From the sequence record ON470615.2: 64,000 nt of DNA; one strand, given 5' to 3'. Position 1 is the first letter of the stretch. Each line of letters opens with the position of its first letter. Shown here in pieces: positions 1 through 9,640 of the stretch. The translations under genes and the position numbers were made by a program. The DNA comes from Escherichia phage vB_EcoM-673R5. Below the pieces are notes generated by a model that made no database searches, was not told the origin of the DNA, and saw only the letters and a program-made list of their open reading frames with translations.

Positions 1-174
1 GCATTGTGGATTGAGCAGCGTAGGGAAGAAATCGCCGATATCGTTGATACAGGCGGTTATGGAGATGTTGATACTGAAGGTGTATCAAACGACCCATGGC
101 TGGAACAAGACCTGGACGAAGACGAGGAGGAAGACGAAGAAGTTACCCGCAAGCTATACGGGGATGATGATTAA
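1..174 (+). CDS. pacA: terminase small subunit PacA, C-terminal fragment (5' end outside window)
   Basis: Frame-1 ORF open from base 1; acidic tail ...[21 protein letters not shown]; TAA stop overlaps pacB ATG (TAATG, 172-176); lies upstream of large terminase as in P1. Confidence 0.5.
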   Translation, partial: ALWIEQRREEIADIVDTGGYGDVDTEGVSNDPWLEQDLDEDEEEDEEVTRKLYGDDD

Positions 175-1658
175 TGGCCAGAAGTTGCGTAACGGATCCA
201 CGTTGGCGCGAGCTGGTGGCGCTATATCGTTATGACTGGATTGCTGCCGCTGATGTTTTGTTCGGCAAAACACCTACCTGGCAGCAGGATCTGATTATTG
301 AGTCTGTGCAGGAACAGGGTAGCAAGACATCTGTTTCGTCTGGTCACGGTACCGGGAAATCAGACATGACTTCTATCATGATCATGTTGTTCATAATCAT
401 GTATCCCGGTGCCCGCGCCATTATCGTTGCGAACAAAATTCAGCAGGTAATGACCGGTATATTCAAGTACATCAAGATAAACTGGGCTACTGCCACCAGC
501 CGTTTTCCATGGCTTGCTGATTATTTTGTTCTGACAGAAACCGCTTTCTATGAGGTTACTGGTAAAGGTGTATGGACTGTAGTACCGAAGGGCTTTCGTC
601 TGGGAAGTGAAGAAGCTCTCGCCGGTGAACACGCAGATCATCTTCTGTATATTATCGATGAAGCCTCCGGTGTCAGTGATAGAGCTTTCGGTATCATCAC
701 CGGTGCTCTTACCGGACAGGATAACCGCATCTTATTGCTGTCACAGCCTACACGCCCAAGCGGCTATTTCTACGATACACACCATAAACTGGCCAAGCGT
801 CCTGGTAACCCTGATGGCGTTTATACGGCGATCACGCTTAACAGTGAGGAATCACCGTTGGTAACGCCAGCATTTATCAAAATGAAGCTGGCGGAGTACG
901 GCGGGCGTGATAACCCTATGTACATGATTAAGGTACGCGGCCTATTCCCTAAATCACAGGATGGCTTCCTTCTTGGACGTGATGAGGTTGAACGTGCAAC
1001 GCGGCGGAAAGTCAAGATTGCCAAAGGATGGGGCTGGCTTGCATGTGTGGACGTTGCTGGTGGTACGGGACGGGATAAGTCCGTTATCAATATCATGATG
1101 GTGTCCGGCCAGCGAAATAAACGCCGTGTAATCAACTATCGAATGCTGGAATACACAGACGTTACAGAAACGCAGCTTGCCGCCAAAATTTTCGCAGAAT
1201 GTAATCCTGAGCGATTCCCAAATATCACCATAGCGATAGACGGCGATGGCCTGGGTAAAGCAACGGCGGATCTGATGTACGAGTATTATGGTATTACCGT
1301 ACAGCGTATACGCTGGGGTAAAAAGATGCATAGCCGTGAAGATAAGAGCCTGTACTTTGATAAACGTGCTTATGCCAACGTTCAAGCCGCAGAGGCCGTA
1401 AAATCTGGTCGTATGAGACTGGATAAGGGTAATGAAACTATTGAGGAAGCGTCGAAAATCCCTGTAGGGATTAACTCCGCAGGTCAATGGAAGGTGATGA
1501 GTAAGGAGGATATGAAGAAAAAACTCAACCTGCACTCACCAGACCATTGGGATACATATTGTTTCGCTATGCTGGCGGATTATGTTCCCCAGGATGAAGT
1601 GCTTAGCGTCGAAGACGAAGCGCAGGTTGATGAAGCTCTGGCATGGCTTAATGAATGA
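174..1658 (+). CDS. pacB: terminase large subunit PacB
   Basis: 494-aa ORF with Walker A GHGTGKS near N-terminus; terminase ATPase/nuclease layout; translationally coupled to pacA. Confidence 0.85.
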   Translation: MARSCVTDPRWRELVALYRYDWIAAADVLFGKTPTWQQDLIIESVQEQGSKTSVSSGHGTGKSDMTSIMIMLFIIMYPGARAIIVANKIQQVMTGIFKYIKINWATATSRFPWLADYFVLTETAFYEVTGKGVWTVVPKGFRLGSEEALAGEHADHLLYIIDEASGVSDRAFGIITGALTGQDNRILLLSQPTRPSGYFYDTHHKLAKRPGNPDGVYTAITLNSEESPLVTPAFIKMKLAEYGGRDNPMYMIKVRGLFPKSQDGFLLGRDEVERATRRKVKIAKGWGWLACVDVAGGTGRDKSVINIMMVSGQRNKRRVINYRMLEYTDVTETQLAAKIFAECNPERFPNITIAIDGDGLGKATADLMYEYYGITVQRIRWGKKMHSREDKSLYFDKRAYANVQAAEAVKSGRMRLDKGNETIEEASKIPVGINSAGQWKVMSKEDMKKKLNLHSPDHWDTYCFAMLADYVPQDEVLSVEDEAQVDEALAWLNE

Positions 1659-1661
1659 ATA

Positions 1662-1678
1662 TTTGCTCTAATAAATTG
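1662..1678 (+). promoter_or_regulatory. C1 repressor operator
   Basis: TTTGCTCTAATAAATTG, 15/17 match to P1 C1 operator consensus ATTGCTCTAATAAATTT. Confidence 0.55.
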
Positions 1679-1807
1679 TGTTTTTTAACTACCGATGTTA
1701 CATTGAGCCTGACCTCTTGCGCCTTGAGGCATTTTCGGTTTATGCTTATCAGGCACCTCATTAAAACGGGTGCCGGGATTGGCCTCCGCTTAAGTCTAAG
1801 GCGATAC

Positions 1808-1830
1808 AGACGCCGCTCGCGTCTTTTTTG
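1808..1830 (+). terminator. intrinsic terminator downstream of pacB
   Basis: GACGC-cgctc-GCGTC hairpin followed by T6 run. Confidence 0.45.
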
Positions 1831-1858
1831 TATCGGCGTACACGCACACCTCTACAAT

Positions 1859-1938
1859 GGTGGGCTGTATGGGGCTACCTTCGGGTAGGCTGGTTACCTT
1901 GGACGCCAGTAAGGCCAACTCCGTACAGTCCACCGCCA
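1859..1938 (+). ncRNA. c4: c4-like antisense immunity RNA, copy A
   Basis: About 80-nt tRNA-like element: 5' GGTGGGC pairs with 3' GTCCACC followed by GCCA; shares GGTGGG..ATGGGG..CTTCGG..CTGGTT..GCCAGT blocks with the element at 49637; sits just upstream of icd as in P1 ImmI. Confidence 0.45.
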
Positions 1939-1994
1939 GCAAGATTGGTCTCTTCTGCGGTGGTTACATACCAACGTCTAAGGAGGCTGCCAAT

Positions 1995-2216
1995 ATGGCT
2001 ACTATCCCTACCCCAACTCATCCTGAATTTATCTGGCGCTTTTACTCCTGCCAAAAACGTCACTATCACTTCGTTATTGCACCGACAGAAGATGAGGCCC
2101 GCTCTCAGCTTCCTGACGCCCCATGTATTTTCTCTGCCCGTTTTTCCACTGATTCACGCAATTCTCTCAGTTACTGGTGCCTCCCTGTTAACGCTTCTGC
2201 TCAGGAGGGACTATGA
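1995..2216 (+). CDS. icd: Icd-like protein, copy A
   Basis: 73-aa ORF with AAGGAGG RBS; stop overlaps ant start (ATGA); paralogous to the icd-like sequence at 49763 (shared EFIWRFYSC.K.HYHFVIA.TEDEARSQLPD). Confidence 0.6.
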   Translation: MATIPTPTHPEFIWRFYSCQKRHYHFVIAPTEDEARSQLPDAPCIFSARFSTDSRNSLSYWCLPVNASAQEGL

Positions 2217-3330
2217 GAACGTCATTAGTCACCCGTGAAGAGATGATCGAGGCAATTGAACAGCACACTGCCTGTATCAGTACCAGGGATATACCAAGCG
2301 TTATTGCCAACTACTTCATGATCACCAAACAACTTTACCGGAGAAAGGACAAGAACGCGGTTCACCGTATCCTGTTGTCTGATATCCGCGAATACCTGCT
2401 CGAACAGGGTCATCTGAATTACGCAACCGCCGCAGCCGAAGCACGCAAGGAGGCACACAGAATGAAAGCAACTAACGTTAAATCAGAAAAAATTCATGCA
2501 CCTTCAGTTCAAGAATCGGAGCTGGTGGTTGTTCAGAATCAGTCTGATGAAATTCCCGTTCTGGAATGGCAGGGAGTGCGTGTAGTGACAACCGAGACTC
2601 TTGCTAGAGGGTATGGGACAGAAACAATCCGTATTCGCCAAAATCATCATGAGAACAAAGTACGCTTTGTTGAAGGGAAGCACTTTTTCAAAGTTGAAGG
2701 AGAATCATTGCGCGAGTTGAAGCACAGAGTAGCTTTAAACTACTCTGTAAAAATTGCTCGCAATGTTCGCTCACTCACCCTCTGGACAGAACGCGGCGCA
2801 GCCGCCACGCTAAAATGCTCGAAACCGATCAGGCATGGGCATTCTTTGAAAAACTGGAAGACAGCTACTTCCGACAAAAAGAACAGCAACCGATCGCAAT
2901 CCCCCAGACGCTTCCTGAAGCCCTACGCCTGGCTGCCGAACTGGCTGAACAAAAGCAACTTCTGGAACAGAAAGCCCACCAGCTAAATCAGCAGCTGGTG
3001 GCCGCCGCTCCTAAAGTCGATTTTGCCGACCGGGTATCAGTAGCTAAAGGGATCCTGATTGGGAATTTTGCAAAGGTTGTTGGACTTAAACAAAACGCGC
3101 TGTTTGTCTGGTTACGGGAGAACGGCATCCTGATAGCGTCCGGTGGACGTAAAAATGTGCCGTTCCAGCAGTACATCAACGCGGGGTATTTCACGGTGAA
3201 AGAAGTGGTGCTGGATGATGAAGATGGCTACCAGATACGGTTGACGCCTCAATTAACGGGTAAAGGCCAGCAGTGGTTGACGCGTAAACTGCTCGATGCT
3301 GGCTTGTTAAAACCGGTGGCGGCTGAATAA
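2213..3330 (+). CDS. ant: antirepressor Ant-like protein, copy A; frame broken once near 2800
   Basis: ORFs 2213-2986 and 2815-3330 join into about 372 aa; antirepressor-like core (LTLWTERGAA / MLETDQAWAFFEKL); C-terminal KilA-C-like region near-identical to 50600-51022. Confidence 0.6.
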
Positions 3331-3335
3331 TGGAA

Positions 3336-3368
3336 GAATGCCCGGTTGATGCCGGGCATAATTTATTG
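3336..3368. terminator. bidirectional hairpin between ant (copy A) and c1
   Basis: ATGCCCGG-ttgatg-CCGGGCAT perfect 8-bp stem followed by AATTTATT. Confidence 0.45.
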
Positions 3369-3388
3369 CGCGCTTTCGGGGTTGTCGT

Positions 3389-4212
3389 TTACTGGCTGCC
3401 CCTTCTTGGTTTTACGGCTGCGCGTAACTGATGCGGCTGACTTAACCTTTTTCTCTTCGCGAGTGATGGCAATTTGTTTTTTACATTTTCAATATCTGCC
3501 AGGCGATATATTTTTGCTTGCGGCCAGCGGTCGCAGATGATCGGTTCTATGGAGTCATAAAGGCTAAATTTTGCTTTTTCGAATTCACCGTTGATGATAA
3601 TTCCATCACGAGAGAGTTTCATCGCAGATAAACACGCCACACAGTGGCACATGGTAACTAACTGATTTACCATCATTGTAGTTAGGGCTACTGGAAATGT
3701 AGTGGACGCGCAGCATTGTTTCGCTAAAGCCGTGTACGCGCATACGGAATTTTTCATCCTCCGGGTACTGCTTCATTAGCTCTTTTGTTGCTTCCAGGTT
3801 CTCTATGTATTTCGCACTGTGCTCATTGATCCCCGCGCTTTTTGGATGCGAATGTCCTTATCAATCAGATGAATAATGCGGCCAGCGGTCATGTTGACGC
3901 TGTTCACAGCTTCTGTCTGATAAGTTGTAACCTTACGCACACCGCGAAGGATGTTAGGCACTGGATATAAAATAGTCTTTGGGATATTGAGGTCTGGGTA
4001 CTGTTCCAGTTCCCGCGCCATTAAAGTCCATTTATCAATTTCAGCCTGAATGCTGTCAGTTTCTTTGAACGGTAGAACGACAACCGGGCGTACAGGACGA
4101 CCGTCGCTGGCTGTATCAACGTGTTGGGCGCGTGCAACAGCTTTTTTAGAAAGAGATCCCTGAAGCTGACGAACTCCTGGTACAGTTGTTCGCCGTAGAC
4201 ATAATTTATCAT
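3389..4212 (-). CDS. c1: C1 repressor of lysogeny; frame broken twice
   Basis: Pieces 4021-4212, 3803-4021, 3389-3757; N-terminus MINYVYGEQLYQEFVSFRDLFLKK and ...DKWTLMARELEQYPDLNIPKTILYPVPNILRGVRKVTTYQ match my recollection of P1 C1; first break falls in an A6 run. Confidence 0.75.
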
Positions 4213-4321
4213 TGATCCTCCTCCAGAATTGACATGGTCAATAACGCCCGGCTGAGAAAACCGGTCATTACTGACCTATATTATAGAGGATCAAACAAAA
4301 ATAATAGATTTATTAGTGCAT

Positions 4322-4531
4322 TTATTGTGAGTCTAACTGGTTAGTTGCCATGAGATATTCGATTGTGTCAGTGAGGTCATCCAAGTCGTCTTGGGTGATG
4401 CGGTACTCCTGATTGGATATCTTTGAGTAGTGTTCAGCAATGGCGCGGGCAGCGTCGGTTTCGGCAGGGTCTACAGATAAAGCGTTAGAGCAATGTCTAA
4501 CGTCGTCGATGGTTGGTTGAATGAAAGCCAT
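4322..4531 (-). CDS. coi: C1 inactivator Coi
   Basis: 69-aa ORF immediately upstream of c1 on the same strand; size and position as P1 coi. Confidence 0.6.
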   Translation of the reverse strand: MAFIQPTIDDVRHCSNALSVDPAETDAARAIAEHYSKISNQEYRITQDDLDDLTDTIEYLMATNQLDSQ

Positions 4532-4769
4532 AATTATGCCTCACTGTATTGACAACACAGAGCCTGAAGCTCTGACCTACTGTTTCACCCATGATCCATG
4601 CTGGGGTAATCTAACAACATTGCGCTGTGTGTAAGATGAGCAATGCATAGCTGTAATGCCGTTGTATAAGGTTTCCCTGTTTGCTCATTTCCTTCTGAGC
4701 CGCTCTACAACGCTGAAGACACATTAAATAGTGAATCCAAAGTCGTATTACGTAACGGCGGCAAAACTA

Positions 4770-4787
4770 TAATTTATTAGAGCAATT
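4770..4787 (-). promoter_or_regulatory. C1 operator (Op99-like)
   Basis: Reverse complement reads AATTGCTCTAATAAATT. Confidence 0.55.
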
Positions 4788-4850
4788 GTCAAACAACTAT
4801 GAAAAACAATCCAGTTTTTAGCTGGTGGAGTGGGATTTTTCTCCAAATTT

Positions 4851-4867
4851 ATTGCTCTAATAATTCT
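4851..4867 (+). promoter_or_regulatory. C1 operator (Op99-like)
   Basis: ATTGCTCTAATAATTCT upstream of the coi/c1 operon. Confidence 0.55.
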
Positions 4868-4910
4868 TGATTTTTGTGCGCAGCTGGACGTAAACTCCTC
4901 TTCGGACCTG

Positions 4911-4944
4911 ATAACTTCGTATAGCATACATTATACGAAGTTAT
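4911..4944. other. loxP: loxP recombination site
   Basis: Exact 34-bp ATAACTTCGTATA-GCATACAT-TATACGAAGTTAT: 13-bp inverted repeats around an 8-bp spacer. Confidence 0.97.
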
Positions 4945-4959
4945 CTTAAGGGTTATTGA

Positions 4960-5030
4960 ACATGATCAATTTACCTGTAAATCCATACAGTTCAATACCT
5001 TATCAGGTCAAATAGTGATCATTTGATCAA
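4960..5030 (+). promoter_or_regulatory. cre upstream control region with clustered GATC sites
   Basis: GATC at 4964, 5017 and 5025 plus an inverted repeat (GCGCTACG...CGTAGCGC) between loxP and cre; P1 cre promoters are Dam-sensitive. Confidence 0.3.
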
Positions 5031-5125
5031 GGTTGCGCTACGTAAAATCTGCGAAATGTTGGCAGTGTTAGTGCTCCAGATTTCGCGTAGCGCACTTAGC
5101 ACCACCAATCAATCAGAGGTGAAAA

Positions 5126-5347
5126 ATGGGATATTCAGCTGCTAAAGTGTCCACTCATCTTGAGCTTGAGAAAAACCGTGGTTACTGGCGGGCAAAAGGG
5201 TTTGATCGTGATAGTTGTCAACTGTCATTATCGCGCGGTGAAGAGAAAATAGAACGCACGCGCGGTCGCTGGCGTTTCTATGACGAGAACCATAAACAGG
5301 TAAAGGCAGAGCCGATCCTGTACACTTTACTTAAAACCATTATCTGA
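5126..5347 (+). CDS. hypothetical 73-aa protein upstream of cre
   Basis: ORF with GAGG RBS ending 8 bp before the cre start; basic small protein. Confidence 0.4.
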   Translation: MGYSAAKVSTHLELEKNRGYWRAKGFDRDSCQLSLSRGEEKIERTRGRWRFYDENHKQVKAEPILYTLLKTII

Positions 5348-5354
5348 GTGTTAA

Positions 5355-6386
5355 ATGTCCAATTTACTGACCGTACACCAAAATTTGCCTGCATTACCGG
5401 TCGATGCAACGAGTGATGAGGTTCGCAAGAACCTGATGGACATGTTCAGGGATCGCCAGGCGTTTTCTGAGCATACCTGGAAAATGCTTCTGTCCGTTTG
5501 CCGGTCGTGGGCGGCATGGTGCAAGTTGAATAACCGGAAATGGTTTCCCGCAGAACCTGAAGATGTTCGCGATTATCTTCTATATCTTCAGGCGCGCGGT
5601 CTGGCAGTAAAAACTATCCAGCAACATTTGGGCCAGCTAAACATGCTTCATCGTCGGTCCGGGCTGCCACGACCAAGTGACAGTAATGCTGTTTCACTGG
5701 TCATGCGACGGATCCGAAAAGAAAACGTTGATGCCGGTGAACGTGCAAAACAGGCACTGGCGTTCGAACGCACTGATTTCGACCAGGTTCGTTCACTCAT
5801 GGAAAATAGCGATCGCTGCCAGGATATACGTAATCTGGCATTTCTGGGGATTGCTTATAACACCCTATTACGTATAGCCGAAATTGCCAGGATCAGGGTT
5901 AAAGATATCTCACGTACTGACGGTGGGAGAATGTTAATCCATATTGGCAGAACGAAAACGCTGGTTAGCACCGCAGGTGTAGAGAAGGCACTTAGCCTGG
6001 GGGTAACTAAACTGGTCGAGCGATGGATTTCTGTCTCTGGTGTGGCTGATGATCCGAATAACTACTTGTTTTGCCGTGTCAGAAAAAATGGTGTTGCCGC
6101 GCCATCTGCCACCAGCCAGCTATCAACTCGCGCCCTGGAAGGGATTTTTGAAGCAACTCATCGATTGATTTACGGCGCTAAGGATGACTCTGGTCAGAGA
6201 TACCTGGCCTGGTCTGGACACAGTGCCCGTGTCGGAGCCGCGCGAGATATGGCCCGCGCCGGAGTTTCAATACCGGAGATCATGCAAGCTGGTGGCTGGA
6301 CCAACGTAAATATTGTCATGAACTATATCCGTAACCTGGATAGTGAAACGGGGGCAATGGTGCGCCTGCTGGAAGATGGCGATTAG
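5355..6386 (+). CDS. cre: Cre tyrosine site-specific recombinase
   Basis: 343-aa ORF starting MSNLLTVHQNLPALPVDATSDEVRKNLMDMFRDRQAFSEHTWKMLLSVCRSWAAWCKLNNRKWFPAEPEDVRDYLLYLQARGLAV; adjacent to loxP. Confidence 0.97.
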   Translation: MSNLLTVHQNLPALPVDATSDEVRKNLMDMFRDRQAFSEHTWKMLLSVCRSWAAWCKLNNRKWFPAEPEDVRDYLLYLQARGLAVKTIQQHLGQLNMLHRRSGLPRPSDSNAVSLVMRRIRKENVDAGERAKQALAFERTDFDQVRSLMENSDRCQDIRNLAFLGIAYNTLLRIAEIARIRVKDISRTDGGRMLIHIGRTKTLVSTAGVEKALSLGVTKLVERWISVSGVADDPNNYLFCRVRKNGVAAPSATSQLSTRALEGIFEATHRLIYGAKDDSGQRYLAWSGHSARVGAARDMARAGVSIPEIMQAGGWTNVNIVMNYIRNLDSETGAMVRLLEDGD

Positions 6387-6404
6387 CCGTTCATTTGCGC
6401 TTGA

Positions 6405-6421
6405 TTGCTCTAATCATTTGA
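6405..6421 (+). promoter_or_regulatory. C1 operator
   Basis: ATTGCTCTAATCATTTG. Confidence 0.5.
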
Positions 6422-6436
6422 TATTTATGGTGACAC

Positions 6437-6748
6437 ATGCGGAAGGATTTCAAAATAGACGGAAAATATGTGGTGCTGTCTGTAAGCTCTCAAATTCAGT
6501 CACCATCTGTCATTGTCACCGTAAAGTTGAGCGATAGGATGCCTGATATCGACTCGATATCTGTTGCGTTCCCCGTTAAAAGTATGCGGAGTGCTGAACA
6601 TTTTGTGATGAATGCAACGGAGGAGGAAGCGCGGCGCGGGCTTACTAGAGTGATGGCGGAATTTGGCGAACTCCTGGGTAAGGTAAACAATGCCCTTTCA
6701 ATCAGTTCAGCAAGATCCAAAGCGTTAACAGCTTCCATGATGAAATAA
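6437..6748 (+). CDS. hypothetical protein downstream of cre
   Basis: 103-aa ORF preceded by a C1 operator, followed by hairpin 6752-6771. Confidence 0.4.
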   Translation: MRKDFKIDGKYVVLSVSSQIQSPSVIVTVKLSDRMPDIDSISVAFPVKSMRSAEHFVMNATEEEARRGLTRVMAEFGELLGKVNNALSISSARSKALTASMMK

Positions 6749-6751
6749 AAA

Positions 6752-6771
6752 AGCCTGGCAAGGAGCCAGGC
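6752..6771. terminator. hairpin, putative terminator
   Basis: AGCCTGGC-aagga-GCCAGGCT with A-run 5' on plus strand (T-run on minus). Confidence 0.35.
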
Positions 6772-6879
6772 TGCACAAAAGAGCGGGTTTGTATTCCGCA
6801 TCCAATCAATCAAGAAGGAGTATAGCACACAGGTACTGAAGTGAAAAAATGTGATTCGCGATTAACAAAATATCTACCA

Positions 6880-6896
6880 TTGCTCTAATTGATTGC
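6880..6896 (+). promoter_or_regulatory. C1 operator upstream of ref
   Basis: ATTGCTCTAATTGATTG. Confidence 0.5.
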
Positions 6897-6991
6897 TATA
6901 ATTAAGCCGCAGTTTTTGTCAACTACGAAGACGTTGCCATTACTTAACTCCTTGACATCATTGGCGGCCATTAGGCCGCCTTTTTTGCCAT

Positions 6992-7548
6992 ATGAAAACA
7001 ATCGAACAAAAACTTGAACAGCGCCGCGAGTGGCAGAAGGCTGCCAGAGAACGAGCGATCGCTCGGCAACGGGAAAAGTTGGCTGACCCCGCTTGGCGAG
7101 AATCGCAATATCAGAAAATGCGGGATTCTATCGACCGCCGTATCGCTAAACAGAAAGAGCGCCCACCAGCCAGCAAAACGCGGAAAAGCGCGGTAAAAAT
7201 AAAATCTCGTGGCTTGAAGGGAGAACACCAACGGCGGAGGAACGGCGCATCGCCAATGCTCTTGGCGCTCTCCCTGCATTGCCTGCTACATGCATGGAGT
7301 AATATCTGAAGAGGTATCTCTGCACCATATCTCGGTCGTACCGCGCCGGGTTGTCACAAAAAGCAATTGCCCCTTTGTAGATGGCACCACCAGCATGCAG
7401 CACCGGCTGAAGTAAGAGAAAAATACCCTGGCTGGTCCCTGTTCATGCCGATGGTGTGGTTGGAGGCAAGAAAGAATTCACCTTGCTGAACAAGTCAGAG
7501 ATGGAGTTGCTGGCTGACGCCTATGAGATGGCAAACATCATGCACTAA
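6992..7548 (+). CDS. ref: Ref recombination-enhancement HNH endonuclease; several frameshifts
   Basis: N-terminus MKTIEQKLEQRREWQKAARERAIARQREKLADP...; C-terminal pieces ...EKYPWLVPVHADGVVGGKKEFTLLNKSEMELLADAYEMANIMH recoverable in other frames. Confidence 0.6.
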
Positions 7549-7583
7549 TAAATATATTATTTTTAATCTGAAATAATTGACAA

Positions 7584-7610
7584 CTGACAAGTGACTTCAG
7601 TCAGAATCAT
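7584..7610 (+). promoter_or_regulatory. putative Lpa-dependent late promoter
   Basis: ACAAGTGACT box followed by a -10-like element; same box recurs upstream of other late operons in this window. Confidence 0.35.
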
Positions 7611-7736
7611 CACATGCCCGGTACGGATGGATCCCTTTTCAAATATTCCATGGACGGCACAGTCTGAGTACCGGGCGCTACCTTCAGTTGTATTGCTAAG
7701 CCGCCGCTGGTGGCTTTTCTTTTTGTAGGGGGCGCT

Positions 7737-7988
7737 ATGGATAAGAAAATATGCGTTGTGTCGATGAGCGTCGGCAAACCGGCGTCAATGACTGCTGCAT
7801 GGATCAATAACGAGCTGATAATGGCTGAGCGGACCAGCTACCCTGAACGCCGCCGCGATATGGAACTCCAGCTGCTGCGCGAATTGCGAGAAAAAGAGGA
7901 AAAGGGTTTTATCGTGCTGGTGGAAGAGGAAAACAGCTTTATTACTGGTCGAGTTGGCCAGCGTGTAAGGTTGCGCGATCCTTCATGA
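7737..7988 (+). CDS. hypothetical 83-aa protein (P1 mat position)
   Basis: ORF downstream of late-promoter box; stop overlaps next start (ATGA at 7985-7988). Confidence 0.45.
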   Translation: MDKKICVVSMSVGKPASMTAAWINNELIMAERTSYPERRRDMELQLLRELREKEEKGFIVLVEEENSFITGRVGQRVRLRDPS

Positions 7989-8353
7989 ACGGCAGGCCGG
8001 TACTAATTGAGGCAATGCAGATTTATAAGGAGCTGGAACGCCAGAAAGCAATCAAGTTACCGCGCAAGGAATCCGGCAAATACATTCTCCACCAAAGCAT
8101 CTTCGATTCCGAACACGATAAAAAAGGCGATGAATTTTTCAACATCAACTGGAGCGAAATAACGACAGAGCATGTTCTGACGTTACTATGTTGCTTTGCG
8201 ACGGAATACAACAACGTTGCCAGCGCCGACTACATCAGGGCAATGGCTGGAGAAGTTGAGGCCCGCCAAGAACCATCGTTACTAAGTCCACTGATTAACA
8301 TAATTCTGGGCACCCAGATACTGGAACAAAAAAAGTGCCGAAAGGGGTATTAA
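7985..8353 (+). CDS. hypothetical 122-aa protein
   Basis: ORF translationally coupled to 7737-7988; no recognisable motif. Confidence 0.45.
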   Translation: MNGRPVLIEAMQIYKELERQKAIKLPRKESGKYILHQSIFDSEHDKKGDEFFNINWSEITTEHVLTLLCCFATEYNNVASADYIRAMAGEVEARQEPSLLSPLINIILGTQILEQKKCRKGY

Positions 8354-8469
8354 CAGGCAAGCATAATTATTTTTAACAATTACATACAGTAATTTTGTGG
8401 TTACATTCTCCATTGATTTTCTAACCGCTTTATCATTAGATGTAACAGCATGTAAATCATTTAAAATGG

Positions 8470-9578
8470 ATGAAAGCAATGGGGAATGAAGTTTATCAAA
8501 GTCAAAAATGCAAGTTGAAATATTCAAAATCTCAAATTGATAGGGCTGCTCAATTGATAAGGCACGGGTGTAGTGACGAAGAAAGGCAGCAATCTATTGA
8601 AATGATACAAAATTTCCGTGAGCTGCATCTTTATCCATTAATGCTCATGAAAAATCATTTAGCAAGAGCAGCTGCTAAGGTTGACAAGGACAAAAAGATT
8701 CTCGTTGCAAGAAGACTTAAGCGACTTTCTACCATAATAGATAAACTAGAGCGTCCTAGTCTTGATGGAGGCAGAACTAGCAATGCAATTAAATTAACAC
8801 GGATGCAGGACGTTGGCGGATGTAGGGCCATTGTCAGAAACTTAGACCAGTTGATACAGCTAAAGGAACGTCTTTTAAAAAGCAAATCTGTTCATAGGAT
8901 TGTTAAAGAGTATGATTATCTTACTCCCAAAGACAGCGGCTATAGTGGAATCCACCTTGCATACAGTTGCTTCGATCAGAAGAGGATCAATATCCGTGGC
9001 GAAAAACAAAGATTGAGATACAGTTAAGAACTCAATTGCAGCATGCTTGGGCTACCAGCCTTGAAATAATTGATACCCTTGAAGGTATCAAGCTGAAAAC
9101 TTCAAGTGAAGGGCATCCAGAATGGAGACGATTTTTCTATCTAGCCGGATGTCTTGTAGCGCACGACGAAAAAGCCTGCACTCTTGATGAGCTAGTTGTA
9201 TCTCAGTATGAAGGCGAGCTTAAAGAGCTGGAACGGACTTTATCTGTACGGAGGAAACTAAGCACATACACCATCGCCTTAAATTTAACTTCTGACGCGA
9301 ATTTGATTAAGAAGTTGCCAAAAAATCATAAGGGGCATTACTTAGTAACAATGAGAAATGCAGAAAACAAGCCCAATACAAAAAACAAAAAAATGTTCCT
9401 AGTGTCTGTTCGCGCATTTAAAACAAAAGAAGCAGATGAAGCCCTTGAGGCCTTAAATAAAGACGATTCTAATCCTAATGTATTGATATCTGTTCTCGTT
9501 GCTACAGATAACATTAAGTCACTAAAAAAGCCTACCCCAACTATTTTGGCTCAACAAACCAGTTTACAAAATTCTTAG
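8470..9578 (+). CDS. fused RelA/SpoT-domain toxin (toxSAS, CapRel-like); frame broken once in an A5 run near 9005
   Basis: ORFs 8470-9027 and 8967-9578 join to about 369 aa; RelA/SpoT synthetase motifs (DVGGCRAIV, GYSGIHLAY, EIQLRTQLQHAWA); AT-rich vs flanks. Confidence 0.65.
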
Positions 9579-9610
9579 ATAAGCATCTTCGTAACGAAGG
9601 ATAGTTGCTT

Positions 9611-9640
9611 AATTTTGCCCGGTAATTCCGGGCAAAATTG
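9611..9640. terminator. bidirectional intrinsic terminator
   Basis: TTTTGCCCGG-taatt-CCGGGCAAAA 10-bp perfect stem with A/T tracts on both sides, between convergent genes. Confidence 0.6.

Noticed and set aside
11-235. 74-aa ORF at the window start
   Set aside because: Overlaps the pacB start in another frame and has non-protein-like composition; the frame-1 reading (pacA C-terminus) ends exactly at the pacB ATG and is preferred.
3389-4212. Calling c1 a pseudogene (defective repressor)
   Set aside because: The first break is inside an A6 run and the protein otherwise matches P1 C1 closely; homopolymer error is the more economical explanation. Left as CDS pending read-level verification.
5355-6386. 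Treating cre/loxP as evidence of chromosomal integration (integrase/att)
   Set aside because: Cre-loxP is the P1 plasmid dimer-resolution and cyclisation system; together with parABS and repA it indicates an extrachromosomal phage-plasmid, not an integrated prophage.
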